Assembly (NCBI GenBank): GCA_905372235.1
Contig: CAJPOF010000002.1
Coordinates: 3,836-67,835, forward strand
Reading direction: 5' to 3'
Length of the DNA: 64,000 nucleotides
DNA from: an uncultured Treponema sp.
Lineage (GTDB): Bacteria > Spirochaetota > Spirochaetia > Treponematales > Treponemataceae
In this document: positions 48,250-58,221 of the stretch, piece by piece
Position numbering within the stretch: the first letter of the stretch is position 1
How the letters are laid out: every line of letters starts with the position of its first letter
Made by a program: the position numbers and the translations under genes
Notes under the pieces: model-generated
Database searches by the model: none
What the model saw: only the letters and a program-made list of their open reading frames with translations
What the model was told of the DNA's origin: nothing

Positions 48250-49056
48250 ATGGACGAAAACACACCGGAAACGGCTTCAGTCAATGACGAAAAAGAAGAA
48301 GATTTGCTCTGGGAAGAATTCCGAAAAACCAAGTCTTCAAAACTTCGCGATAAATTTATAAGGCAGTATATGCCTCTTGTAAAATATGTGGCGGGTAAGG
48401 TTGCCGTCGGAATGCCGAACAGTGTTGAATTCGATGACCTTGTGGGCTTCGGTCAGTTTGGGCTGCTCGACGCCATAAGTAAATACGATCCGTCCAAGGG
48501 CGTGAAATTCAAGACGTATGCCGTAACACGTATCCGGGGAGCGATTTTCGACGAGCTTCGGCAGATAGACTGGGTACCTCGTTCGGTAAGGCAGAAATCT
48601 CGCGAGATAGAGGACACGATTGTTTCCCTTGAGGCAAGACTTGGAAGAACTGCAAGCGACGCTGAGATTGCCGATGCTATGAAGATAAGCGAGGATGAAT
48701 ATCACAGGACGATAATGAAAGTATCCGGCACAAGCGTTCTTTCTTTGAATGAAGTTTGGTATTCAGGCGACGACAACGACAGTATGTCCATAGGAGATAG
48801 CATAGAATCCCCTTCCAGCTTGAATCCCGATGTAATCGCTGAACGGGAGGAGATAAGAAAGGTCATAATACAGGCGATAAACGAACTTCCGGAAAAAGAG
48901 AAGATGGTTATAGTTCTTTACTACCACGAAGACCTTACGTTCAAGGAAATAGGCGAGGTGCTTGAAGTGAGCGAATCCAGAATATCGCAGCTTCACACAA
49001 AAGCAAACCATCGTCTTAGGGCAAAGCTTACCAATATGAGAAAAGGAATTATGTAG
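48250..49056 (+). CDS. fliA: flagellar sigma factor (sigma28, FliA/WhiG)
   Basis: FKTYAVTRIRGAIFDELR.IDWVPRSVR, SESRISQLH. Confidence 0.95.
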   Translation: MDENTPETASVNDEKEEDLLWEEFRKTKSSKLRDKFIRQYMPLVKYVAGKVAVGMPNSVEFDDLVGFGQFGLLDAISKYDPSKGVKFKTYAVTRIRGAIFDELRQIDWVPRSVRQKSREIEDTIVSLEARLGRTASDAEIADAMKISEDEYHRTIMKVSGTSVLSLNEVWYSGDDNDSMSIGDSIESPSSLNPDVIAEREEIRKVIIQAINELPEKEKMVIVLYYHEDLTFKEIGEVLEVSESRISQLHTKANHRLRAKLTNMRKGIM

Positions 49057-49059
49057 CAT

Positions 49060-51024
49060 ATGATTTCCTTGGAACAGATTCGTATGGAAATGCAGAACCG
49101 TCTCTCCATCGACAAGGACCTACATCATGTAGAGGTGAACGCCCCTACAATCGATGAGGCTTTGGCGGATGCCGCAGTCCAGCTTGCGATAAAGGCGGAG
49201 ATGCTTGAGTACGAGGTGATTGAAAAAGGAAGCGACGGTTTTCTCGGAATCGGAAAGAAACCGTGGAAAATAAAAATATACCAAAATCCTGACACTGTGG
49301 TCAAAAAAACTCATAATGCCGACGGAACTGCTTCAGGCGGAGACGGCTCTCTAGAGGAAAACAAGGTTGTAGACAAGGACGGACTTTTCTATGTACGGCA
49401 TTTCTCTTCGTCAATAAAACTAAAGGTGATTCCTCCCAGCGGAAACGGAAGACCCGTAGACGAGAGAGATGTGCTTGATATGATAAGACGACCCGACACG
49501 GAGCAGTTTGATGCGGAACTCATTCATCAGCTCATAAAAAACGGCACTGACGGAAAGTATGAGACTGTCGGCAAATACACCCATATAGCTGCTGCGGATG
49601 CAATTGTTGCGGTTGAAATCTCTAAAGACGAACTTCACGGATTTATAACGGTAGATCCGCCTGCACAGAGCGGAGCGGACCTTACCGCAGAGCAGATAGA
49701 AAGGTCTCTAAAAGCTCAAGGCATACTTGCCGGCATAAACATGGATAAAATCAACGAGTTTGTAGATAATCCCGTTTACAACACGCAGGTTGAGGTCGCC
49801 TCCGCCATAATGCCGGAAGACGGAAAAGATTCCCACCTTGACTACAAGTTCATCACGGACGAAACGAAACTAGGTGCTGTTCAGGACGAGTCCGGAATCA
49901 TAGACTACAAGAAGAACAACAAAATTCAGAACGTTGTCGAGGGGCAGACTCTTGCGGTGAAGGTGCTTGCCACTCGAGGAAAGGGCGGAAAGACACTCTT
50001 CGGGCGATACATCGAAGCGAAAAACGGAAAAGATCTTCCCGTCGTGCTTGGACAGAATACCCAGTTCGACAAGGACGGAGTTACTGTCGTCGCCACAAAG
50101 AACGGTCAGGTTCATCTTGTGAACGGAAAGATAACGGTAGAGCCTGTACTTAATCTTGACGCCGTGAACATAAAGTCCGGAAACATCGATTTCCTTGGCA
50201 CGGTTTACATAAAGGGAAACGTGGAGGATGGATTCGACGTAAAGGCATCGGGCGACATAGATATCGGCGGAACGGTCGGAAAATCAAAAATACAGGCTGA
50301 CGGAAACATAATTATACATCAGGGTGTATTCGGAAAAAACGAAGGATTCATAAAGAGCGGAAAATCCCTGTGGGTGAAATTCGTTCAGGAAATGTCGATA
50401 GACGTGGAAGAAAACCTTATCGCCTCTGATTCGCTCATGAACTGCAACATCACCGCGATGAAAAACATAGTGGTGCATGGAAAAAAAGCTCAGATAACCG
50501 GCGGAAAACTTTTTGCCACGGAGGAAATTTGCGCAAGGACATTGGGCTCTCCGGGCGGAGGCGCCACAACTACGCTCACCGTAGGGGTAGACCCCAGGGC
50601 AAAACTCCGGCTTGACGAACTTTTGGAGCAGCAGTCAAAGATTTCTCAGGAGATGGAAGGACTTCAGCTTGAGATAGACAATCTTGAGGGCATAAAAAAG
50701 ACAAGGCGAAAACTTCCGACAGAAAAAGAAGAGCGGCTCAATCAGGATAACCAGCGGAAAGGTGAACTCATCGATGAAAACAAGACCGTTTCCGACGAGA
50801 TAAACGAGATTCAGATGCGGCTAAGGGAACTTAAAGCCATAGGAAAGGTCAAGGTCGAGGGAATCACATATCCGGGGACAAAAATCTATGTTCGGGATGC
50901 CTTGGACGAGGTGCAGACGGAAGTTTCTTCATGCACGTTCTATTACGAAGGAAGCATGGCGCGTCGAGGAAAATACGAGCCTCCGCAGATTGATGCCATG
51001 AAAGGTCCTGAGGGATATAACTGA
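49060..51024 (+). CDS. FapA/DUF342 protein with N-terminal Jag_N-like domain
   Basis: TIDEAL..YEVIEKGSDGFLGIGKK; GNIDFLGTV.IKGNV beta-helix; coiled coil. Confidence 0.85.
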   Translation: MISLEQIRMEMQNRLSIDKDLHHVEVNAPTIDEALADAAVQLAIKAEMLEYEVIEKGSDGFLGIGKKPWKIKIYQNPDTVVKKTHNADGTASGGDGSLEENKVVDKDGLFYVRHFSSSIKLKVIPPSGNGRPVDERDVLDMIRRPDTEQFDAELIHQLIKNGTDGKYETVGKYTHIAAADAIVAVEISKDELHGFITVDPPAQSGADLTAEQIERSLKAQGILAGINMDKINEFVDNPVYNTQVEVASAIMPEDGKDSHLDYKFITDETKLGAVQDESGIIDYKKNNKIQNVVEGQTLAVKVLATRGKGGKTLFGRYIEAKNGKDLPVVLGQNTQFDKDGVTVVATKNGQVHLVNGKITVEPVLNLDAVNIKSGNIDFLGTVYIKGNVEDGFDVKASGDIDIGGTVGKSKIQADGNIIIHQGVFGKNEGFIKSGKSLWVKFVQEMSIDVEENLIASDSLMNCNITAMKNIVVHGKKAQITGGKLFATEEICARTLGSPGGGATTTLTVGVDPRAKLRLDELLEQQSKISQEMEGLQLEIDNLEGIKKTRRKLPTEKEERLNQDNQRKGELIDENKTVSDEINEIQMRLRELKAIGKVKVEGITYPGTKIYVRDALDEVQTEVSSCTFYYEGSMARRGKYEPPQIDAMKGPEGYN

Positions 51025-51359
51025 TGGGACTGAATCCGCTTGATTTGCAGACTATGTATTCTCAGATTGACAATGTGGCAAAGCAGGCGGCACATCTTAC
51101 GCAGGGTCTTCAGCTTTCGCAGGCTATGCAGCAAGAGGAGAGCGTCCGTAAAAATCTTGAGGAGGCTAGCAAGGTCAGCCGCACAAAAGAGGGCGCAGGC
51201 GCTAAAGGAATAGGTGTGGATTCCGACGGAAAAAACGGCGGCGACGAACATTCTTCTAACGGCAAAAAAAAGCCTGCCAATCCTTATGCCGAAAAGGCGG
51301 ATGAATCTGCAAGGCTAAAGGAAGACTACCTTGGTCGGCACATAGATGTCGTCCGCTGA
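51024..51359 (+). CDS. hypothetical flagellar-operon protein
   Basis: PLDLQT N-terminus, LGRHIDV C-terminus; TGATG coupling to fapA. Confidence 0.7.
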   Translation: MGLNPLDLQTMYSQIDNVAKQAAHLTQGLQLSQAMQQEESVRKNLEEASKVSRTKEGAGAKGIGVDSDGKNGGDEHSSNGKKKPANPYAEKADESARLKEDYLGRHIDVVR

Positions 51360-51389
51360 ACGCAAATTTTTATTCTTTCTTGAAAACCG

Positions 51390-52091
51390 GTGGGAAACAT
51401 GAGATACGTGGTCGTTTTTTTATGCATATTCAATGTCGTTATGTGGATGGTGTTCCTGTGGAAGTTCAAAAAACTTTTTACCACCGACAACGTAATCGAA
51501 GAAACAAGAGTTCAATACAACAATCTTATTGCGGACATGAACAAGAACACCCATAACAACATAGTCGTTATCGAGGACAGAATCCGTTCCTTGAAAGCTC
51601 TTGTTTCTGACGCTGAAAAAAAGATAAAAATCCTGAACGACATCGAAAAAAACGGCTATGCGCTGAACGAATTTCACGAGGCAATCTCAGGGAAAAAAAG
51701 CGGCGTAACCGAAAAGAAAGTCGTGGATGCGTACAAAAAATCCAAGGGTGCATCGAACATCGAACTCGATTCATCGGTAGTGCTTTCGGGGAAAGCGCGG
51801 ATAAAATCGGATGAATCCGAAGGGCAGGGGTCTTTGTTCGATGACGGAAATAAAACGATAGACACCACGGCTAAAGTCAACGTGAACTCAAAAGGGGACT
51901 CGTGGGCAGCCGTTCCTGTGGTTGTTCCGAAAGTATTCGTTCCCGAAAATCCCATTCCGAGAAAAAAGGACAGGATGGCGCAGATTGTACGTATGTACGA
52001 TTCTGGAATGACGGCGGAAGACATCGCGGAGGAACTTAGCCTTACGGATATGGAAGTTCAGTTTGCCCTTTCCTTGGAGGACAGGATATGA
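51390..52091 (+). CDS. single-TM protein with coiled coil and C-terminal HTH-like domain (DUF2802/SwrB-like)
   Basis: N-terminal TM, coiled coil, IVRMYDSGMTAEDIAEELSL..MEVQFAL; ATG 51399 alternative start. Confidence 0.6.
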   Translation: MGNMRYVVVFLCIFNVVMWMVFLWKFKKLFTTDNVIEETRVQYNNLIADMNKNTHNNIVVIEDRIRSLKALVSDAEKKIKILNDIEKNGYALNEFHEAISGKKSGVTEKKVVDAYKKSKGASNIELDSSVVLSGKARIKSDESEGQGSLFDDGNKTIDTTAKVNVNSKGDSWAAVPVVVPKVFVPENPIPRKKDRMAQIVRMYDSGMTAEDIAEELSLTDMEVQFALSLEDRI

Positions 52092-53170
52092 AGACAAAAA
52101 AATCTTATTTTGGAAGCCTATACGACGGGAAAAAAGCGTGGCTTTACACTGTCTCAAACGGATCTATGTCCTTTACGGCATCTGATTACGGCTGCACGAT
52201 TACAAGCATAGTGGTTCAAGATAGGAACAAAAACGATGTCGATGTAGTTATCGGACCTTCGACACTTTCCGGTTATGCGACGACATGGGGAAGTTTCGGA
52301 GCGATTGTAGGACGTTTTGCAAACAGAATCGCAGGGGCAAAGTTCAGCCTTGACGGAAAGGAATATCGTCTGAACGACAACAACAACGGCTCTTCTTTGC
52401 ACGGAGGTTTTCCACGCTGGGAAAGTGAGATATGGAAAGCCGGATTTATAAAAAAAAGCGGAGAAACTGGAGTCAGGTTCTCAAAAATATTCCCGGACGG
52501 ATACCAAGGTTTTCCGGGAAACTTGAATGTTTCGATAGAATATGTTCTTGACGAAAATGACAATCTTTCGTTCACTTACACCGCAACCACTGACAAGGCC
52601 ACGCCTTTGAGTATAACAAACCACACTTACTTTAATCTTTCAGGCTGCGGCGACATTCTCTCGGAGAAACTCGGCATAAACTCGTCAAAAATCCTTGAAC
52701 TTTCAAAAAATTCCATTCCGACAGGAAAATACATTGACGTTGAAAAAACTGTTTTTGATTTCAGAAAGGCAAAGCCAATCGGAGATGATATTTGTTCCCA
52801 TCTTCTAAAAGAAAGCCGAGGCTATGACCATTGCTACGTTACAGGCGCGTTTGATTCTTCGTCCGCCATTCCCACAAAATCCACTCCTCTTTCGAAAGCC
52901 GCGGTTCTTTTTGACGAAAGGACAGGCATAAAGATGGAGCTTTCAACCAATTGCGAGGGGCTTCAGCTTTATACGGCAAACTACGTGGATTATGTTTTGG
53001 GAAAAAACGGAGCGGTTTATCGTCCGCATTCAGCTGTCTGTCTTGAGACGCAGGCTTTCCCAGATTCGCCGAACCAAAAAAAATTCCCCGACGCGATTCT
53101 TAGGCCCGGAGTGGAATACAATGCGGTTACGGTGTACTCTTTTTCGGTTCATGACGGAAAAGATTTTTGA
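52088..53170 (+). CDS. galM: aldose 1-epimerase (galactose mutarotase)
   Basis: GRFANRI, LHGG, GFPG, TNHTYFNL, GYDH, CLETQ. Confidence 0.93.
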   Translation: MKTKKSYFGSLYDGKKAWLYTVSNGSMSFTASDYGCTITSIVVQDRNKNDVDVVIGPSTLSGYATTWGSFGAIVGRFANRIAGAKFSLDGKEYRLNDNNNGSSLHGGFPRWESEIWKAGFIKKSGETGVRFSKIFPDGYQGFPGNLNVSIEYVLDENDNLSFTYTATTDKATPLSITNHTYFNLSGCGDILSEKLGINSSKILELSKNSIPTGKYIDVEKTVFDFRKAKPIGDDICSHLLKESRGYDHCYVTGAFDSSSAIPTKSTPLSKAAVLFDERTGIKMELSTNCEGLQLYTANYVDYVLGKNGAVYRPHSAVCLETQAFPDSPNQKKFPDAILRPGVEYNAVTVYSFSVHDGKDF

Positions 53171-53359
53171 TGCTTTTTAGAAAATTCGTTTGATTTTTTG
53201 ATGACTTTTTTGCCGGAACGGTAAAAAAACATTTATTGGGTGATTTTATTTGCTCTATTTTGAAAAAATATGGAAAGATAGCCTTCGTCTTACTTGAAAA
53301 ATAGCCTTTTTGGTTTTATCATTTGGTATTATATTTTGATCGACTTTAGTGGGGTGCAA

Positions 53360-53974
53360 ATGGATATCCAATTACAAGAGTTAATTGATAGAATCAAAAA
53401 AGACGGTGTCGCATCTGCAGAATCGCAGGCGGCGGACATAGTTAAGGCTGCCGAGGAGAAGGCAAGGTCAATCGTTGGAGAAGCGGAGAAGAAGGCTGAC
53501 GATATGATCAAAGTCGCTAAGGGCGAAATCTCACGGCTTGAGAAGGCAAGCGATGATGCCATAGCTCAGGCGGGAAGAAACATGCTTCTTAGTTTCAGGG
53601 AATCCCTTGTCGCAGAACTTGACAGGTTCATAAAAGACGAGACGGAAAAAGCCTACTCAAAGGACATGCTGAAAACCTTGGTTCCTGAGACAGTAAAGGC
53701 TTGGGTGAAGGACAAGGAGGCTGGAAAACTTTCCGTGATTCTTTCCGAAAAGGATCTGAAGGCTTTGGAGGACGGTTTCAAGTCCGCATTGAAGGCAGAG
53801 ATTTCCGGCGGGCTTGAGCTGAAAAGCGACAGTTCCGTAACGGCTGGCTTCAGGATAGGAGTGAACGACGGCGCTGCTTTCTACGATTATTCGGCGGAAT
53901 CGGTGGCGGAACTTTTTTCCGCATACCTGAACCCACGGGTCGCTTCTATAATGAAGGGTGCGGCAAAGGAATAG
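53360..53974 (+). CDS. V/A-type ATP synthase subunit E
   Basis: LQELIDRIKKDGV coiled coil, GFRIG; first gene of ATPase operon. Confidence 0.85.
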   Translation: MDIQLQELIDRIKKDGVASAESQAADIVKAAEEKARSIVGEAEKKADDMIKVAKGEISRLEKASDDAIAQAGRNMLLSFRESLVAELDRFIKDETEKAYSKDMLKTLVPETVKAWVKDKEAGKLSVILSEKDLKALEDGFKSALKAEISGGLELKSDSSVTAGFRIGVNDGAAFYDYSAESVAELFSAYLNPRVASIMKGAAKE

Positions 53975-53978
53975 GCCG

Positions 53979-54518
53979 GTGAAAGAGCAATATTACTTGG
54001 TTTCGCAGCTTCCATTCATTTCTCCGGAAAAATCGACGTTGCCGATAACCGAAAAATATTATAGAGATCTGTGTTCCAGATTCCTTGAAGGAAAGTCAAA
54101 AGGGATTCTTGAATCTCTTTCCCTTGAGCCTTCAAAAGAGCCGGAAAGCACCGGTTCGTCTTTTCTTGACGCATGGTATGAGCATGAAAGGGCGCTTAGG
54201 TTCGCCCTTGCGCAGGTACGTGCCCAAAAACTCAAGAAAGATTTGGGGGCTCTTCCTGTGAGCATAACCGCTGATATTGTGCAGGCGGCAAGGACCGCAG
54301 TCGGAATGGACAGCCCCCTTCTTGCGGAGCAGTTCCTTTACGAATACAGGCTTTCCGCCCTTGAGAAATTCCAGCCCTTGGACATCTTCTGCGAGGACTA
54401 TGTTTTTGCGTATGGAATAAGGCTCATGCTCGTGCAAAGGATAAAGGCTTTTGATAAGGAAAAGGGAACCGCTTCCTATCACAGAATCTATGACACTATA
54501 CTTGGAGAAAAATCATGA
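53979..54518 (+). CDS. V-ATPase subunit C-like (DUF2764-type)
   Basis: YYLVSQLP start, position between E and A. Confidence 0.7.
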   Translation: MKEQYYLVSQLPFISPEKSTLPITEKYYRDLCSRFLEGKSKGILESLSLEPSKEPESTGSSFLDAWYEHERALRFALAQVRAQKLKKDLGALPVSITADIVQAARTAVGMDSPLLAEQFLYEYRLSALEKFQPLDIFCEDYVFAYGIRLMLVQRIKAFDKEKGTASYHRIYDTILGEKS

Positions 54519-56284
54519 CGGATACAAAAGGAAAGGTAGTCGGCATCAACGGTAACATGGTTTCCGTGGAATTCGACGGAAACGTTTCCATGAACGAAGT
54601 TGCCTACGTTAATGTCGAAGGCAAGAAACTCAGAGGCGAAATAATCCGTGTCCGCGGAAACATAGCCCAAATGCAGATTTTTGAGATGACACAGGGAATC
54701 AAGACCGGTGACATTGTAGAATTCACCGGAAACATGCTCTGTGCGTTGCTTGGTCCAGGACTTTTGGGACAGGTTTATGACGGTCTTCAGAATCCGCTTC
54801 CTCTTGTAGCGGAAAAGGCAGGATTCTTCCTTGAAAAGGGAGTCTATCTTGACCCGTTGGACAAAGATGCGAAATGGGACTGGACCCCATCCGTAAAAGT
54901 CGGCGACAAGGTTTTTAGGGGAGATTCTATAGGAACTGTTCCCGAAGGACCTTTTAAGCACAAGATTTTGGTTCCGTTCGGTCTTATGGGAACTTACACG
55001 GTGAAGGAAGTTACACCGGAAGGCTCATACAAAATAACCGACAGGATGGCTTTGGTCGCTGATGAAAAAGGAATCGAGCATGAACTTACGATGTGCTTTG
55101 AATGGCCTGTGAAGCGTGCTGTTGACTGCTATGCGGAACGGCTTGCTCCTACTGAAACGATGGTTACAAAGACACGTCTTATAGACACCTTCTTTCCGGT
55201 TTCAAAAGGCGGAACATACTGCATCCCGGGACCTTTTGGCGCTGGAAAGACTGTTATACAGCATACGACCAGCCGCTATGCGGATGTTGACATAGTTATA
55301 ATAGCGGCCTGCGGAGAGCGTGCGGGCGAGGTTGTAGAGACCATAAAAGAGTTCCCGGAACTAAAAGATCCTAGAACCGGCGAATCTTTGATGAAACGAA
55401 CTGTGATAATTTGCAACACGTCGTCAATGCCGGTTGCAAGCCGTGAGGCTTCCGTATATACGTCCGTGACACTCGCAGAATATTACAGACAGATGGGACT
55501 TCACGTCCTTTTGCTTGCAGACTCCACGAGCCGCTGGGCGCAGGCGTTGAGGGAAATGTCGGGTAGGCTTGAAGAGATTCCGGGCGAGGAAGCGTTCCCT
55601 GCATACCTTGAGTCCTATATTGCGGCGTTCTACGAACGTGCAGGATATGTCAGGCTGAGAAACGGCGAAAAAGGCTCTGTAACCATCGGAGGAACAGTTT
55701 CTCCTGCGGGCGGAAACTTCGAGGAACCCGTTACACAGGCGACGCTCAAGGTTGTGGGCGGTTTCCACGGACTTACAAGGGAGCGTTCCGACGCAAGAAA
55801 ATTCCCTGCGATAGATCCCTTGAATTCTTGGTCAAAGTACAATTCGGTCATCAGGGAAGATTGGGTCTCCTATGCACGCAAAGTGTTCAAGGCAGGCGTT
55901 GAGGTAAACCAGATGATGAAGGTCGTCGGTGAGGAAGGAACTACAACCGAAGATTTCGTGCTTTATATGAAAAGCGAATTCCTTGATGCGGTCTACTTTC
56001 AGCAGAACTCGTTCGACGAGGTTGATGCTGCGGTCAGCGTTGAAAGACAGACGTACACATTCGCAAGGGTTCTTAAAGTCTTGGCTTCTGATTTTGAACT
56101 TTCCGACAAAGACGAGGTTCGTTCGTTCTTCAACAAGCTTCGACAATCATTTATTGACTGGAACTACATCGCCGAGAACACTGACGCTTACAAGGCTAAG
56201 GAAAAGGAAATAAACGAACTTTATGCTTCTAAAAACGGAAAAATCAAGGACGAGGCGACAGAGCTTCTGAAGGATGGTGAATAA
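54515..56284 (+). CDS. V/A-type ATP synthase subunit A
   Basis: [36 protein letters not shown]. Confidence 0.97.
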   Translation: MTDTKGKVVGINGNMVSVEFDGNVSMNEVAYVNVEGKKLRGEIIRVRGNIAQMQIFEMTQGIKTGDIVEFTGNMLCALLGPGLLGQVYDGLQNPLPLVAEKAGFFLEKGVYLDPLDKDAKWDWTPSVKVGDKVFRGDSIGTVPEGPFKHKILVPFGLMGTYTVKEVTPEGSYKITDRMALVADEKGIEHELTMCFEWPVKRAVDCYAERLAPTETMVTKTRLIDTFFPVSKGGTYCIPGPFGAGKTVIQHTTSRYADVDIVIIAACGERAGEVVETIKEFPELKDPRTGESLMKRTVIICNTSSMPVASREASVYTSVTLAEYYRQMGLHVLLLADSTSRWAQALREMSGRLEEIPGEEAFPAYLESYIAAFYERAGYVRLRNGEKGSVTIGGTVSPAGGNFEEPVTQATLKVVGGFHGLTRERSDARKFPAIDPLNSWSKYNSVIREDWVSYARKVFKAGVEVNQMMKVVGEEGTTTEDFVLYMKSEFLDAVYFQQNSFDEVDAAVSVERQTYTFARVLKVLASDFELSDKDEVRSFFNKLRQSFIDWNYIAENTDAYKAKEKEINELYASKNGKIKDEATELLKDGE

Positions 56285-57582
56285 TGAACAAAGTTTACAG
56301 CAAAATAGAATCCATCGTTGGCAGCGTAATCACTGTAAAGGCTCTTGGGGTCTCGTACGGCGAACTTGCCGAAATCGAAACCTCCTACGGAAAATCCCTT
56401 GCCGAAGTGAACAAGATTGACGGAGATGTGGTCTCGCTTCAGGTGTTCGCAGGCGGACGGGGTGTTTCTACCGGCGACCACATACGTTTTCTTGGACATC
56501 GAATGGAAGTCTCGTTCAGCGAAGACCTTTTGGGACGCATATTCAACGGTTCAGCGGAACCCAGGGACAACGGACCTTCATTGGCGGACAATCTTATAGC
56601 CATCGGCGGACCTTCCGTAAATCCGTCAAAGCGAATAATGGCGCGCCGCATGATAAGGACCGGAATCCCGATGATCGATATGTTCAACACATTGGTCGTG
56701 TCGCAGAAACTTCCGATTTTCTCGATTTCGGGAGAGCCGTACAACCAGCTTCTTGCCCGCATTGCCATGCAGGCGGAAGTCGATGTGATTGTGCTTGGAG
56801 GAATGGGACTTAAATACGACGACTACCTTTATTTCAAGGAAACGCTCGAAAACGGTGGCGCGCTTTCAAGGACGGTTATGTTCGTTCATACTGCGGCTGA
56901 CCCTACGGTAGAATGTCAGAAAATTCCGGATCTTTCGCTTGCGGTTGCCGAACAGTTTGCCCTTCAGGGAAAAGACGTTCTTGTCCTTCTTACCGACATG
57001 ACAAACTTCGCCGACTCCATGAAGGAAATCGCAATCACGCAGGAGCAGGTTCCGTCAAACCGAGGATACCCCGGAGACCTTTATTCGCAGCTTGCAGCCC
57101 GATACGAAAAGGCTGTCGATTTTGACAGCGCAGGTTCAGTAACCGTTCTTGCCGTTACCACAATGCCGGGCGACGATGTAACCCATCCTGTACCTGACAA
57201 CACGGGTTACATAACCGAAGGTCAGTATTATCTGAAAGGCGGACGAATCGAGCCTTTCGGTTCTCTTTCCCGTTTGAAGCAGAATGTTAATAATTCCACG
57301 CGCGACGACCACCGGGCTTTGATGGACGGAATGATCCGTCTTTACGCAAACTACAAGGACACTCTTGAGAAAAAGTCGATGGGATTCAATATGTCGAGCT
57401 GGGACGAAAAACTTCTTGCGTTCGGCGGCGAGTTTGAGGACGAGATGATGGATCTTTCAAAGAACATAAAACTGGAGGATGCGCTTGACTTGGGCTGGAA
57501 GATTCTTTCAGACTGTTTTGAGCCGTCAGAGACGGGAATAAAGTCGGCTTTGGTCGAAAAATACTGGCCGAAAAAGAGCTGA
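56284..57582 (+). CDS. V/A-type ATP synthase subunit B
   Basis: [32 protein letters not shown]. Confidence 0.97.
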   Translation: MNKVYSKIESIVGSVITVKALGVSYGELAEIETSYGKSLAEVNKIDGDVVSLQVFAGGRGVSTGDHIRFLGHRMEVSFSEDLLGRIFNGSAEPRDNGPSLADNLIAIGGPSVNPSKRIMARRMIRTGIPMIDMFNTLVVSQKLPIFSISGEPYNQLLARIAMQAEVDVIVLGGMGLKYDDYLYFKETLENGGALSRTVMFVHTAADPTVECQKIPDLSLAVAEQFALQGKDVLVLLTDMTNFADSMKEIAITQEQVPSNRGYPGDLYSQLAARYEKAVDFDSAGSVTVLAVTTMPGDDVTHPVPDNTGYITEGQYYLKGGRIEPFGSLSRLKQNVNNSTRDDHRALMDGMIRLYANYKDTLEKKSMGFNMSSWDEKLLAFGGEFEDEMMDLSKNIKLEDALDLGWKILSDCFEPSETGIKSALVEKYWPKKS

Positions 57583-57597
57583 TTTTAAGGAAACCGT

Positions 57598-58221
57598 ATG
57601 GCAAAGATTAAGCTGACAAAAAACGAGCAGAAAGTCCAAAAAGATGCGCTGAAAATGTATCAGCGTTATCTTCCGACTTTGACGCTTAAAAAACAGCAGC
57701 TCCAAACGGAAATCCGCACTATCGAAGCCAAGGCAAAGGAAGTGCGTTCAAGGCGCATTAAACTTGAGAAGGAATTCGATGAATGGATTTCTGTTTTCGG
57801 CGAGGCGGATGCGTTCAAGAGCGGAATGGTGTCTGTGAGGAACATCAAAAAAGGTTTCGGAAACATAGCGGGAGTCGCTATCCCCATATATGAGGGCGCT
57901 GATTTCAGCCGCGGCGACTACGATTTGTACGAGACTCCGCTTTGGATTGACATGGCTGCCGACAGAATGGAAAAAGCCCTGTCGCTGGATCTTGAGGCGG
58001 AAGTGCTTGACGAGCAGGTGCGGCTTCTTTCAAAGGAACTTCGCACCACCACTCAAAGGGTAAACCTTTTTGAAAAGGTGAAGATTCCTGAGACAAAGGC
58101 GAACATCAAAAAGATTTCCGTATATCTTGGAGACGAGCAGGTGGCGGCTGTGGTTCGAAGCAAAATCTCAAAGAAAAAACTGCAAGCCGCATCGGATGCA
58201 AAGAAGGAGGCTGAGGCATGA
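57598..58221 (+). CDS. V/A-type ATP synthase subunit D
   Basis: LTKNE, LPTLTLKK, TTQRVNLFEKVKIP. Confidence 0.93.
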   Translation: MAKIKLTKNEQKVQKDALKMYQRYLPTLTLKKQQLQTEIRTIEAKAKEVRSRRIKLEKEFDEWISVFGEADAFKSGMVSVRNIKKGFGNIAGVAIPIYEGADFSRGDYDLYETPLWIDMAADRMEKALSLDLEAEVLDEQVRLLSKELRTTTQRVNLFEKVKIPETKANIKKISVYLGDEQVAAVVRSKISKKKLQAASDAKKEAEA

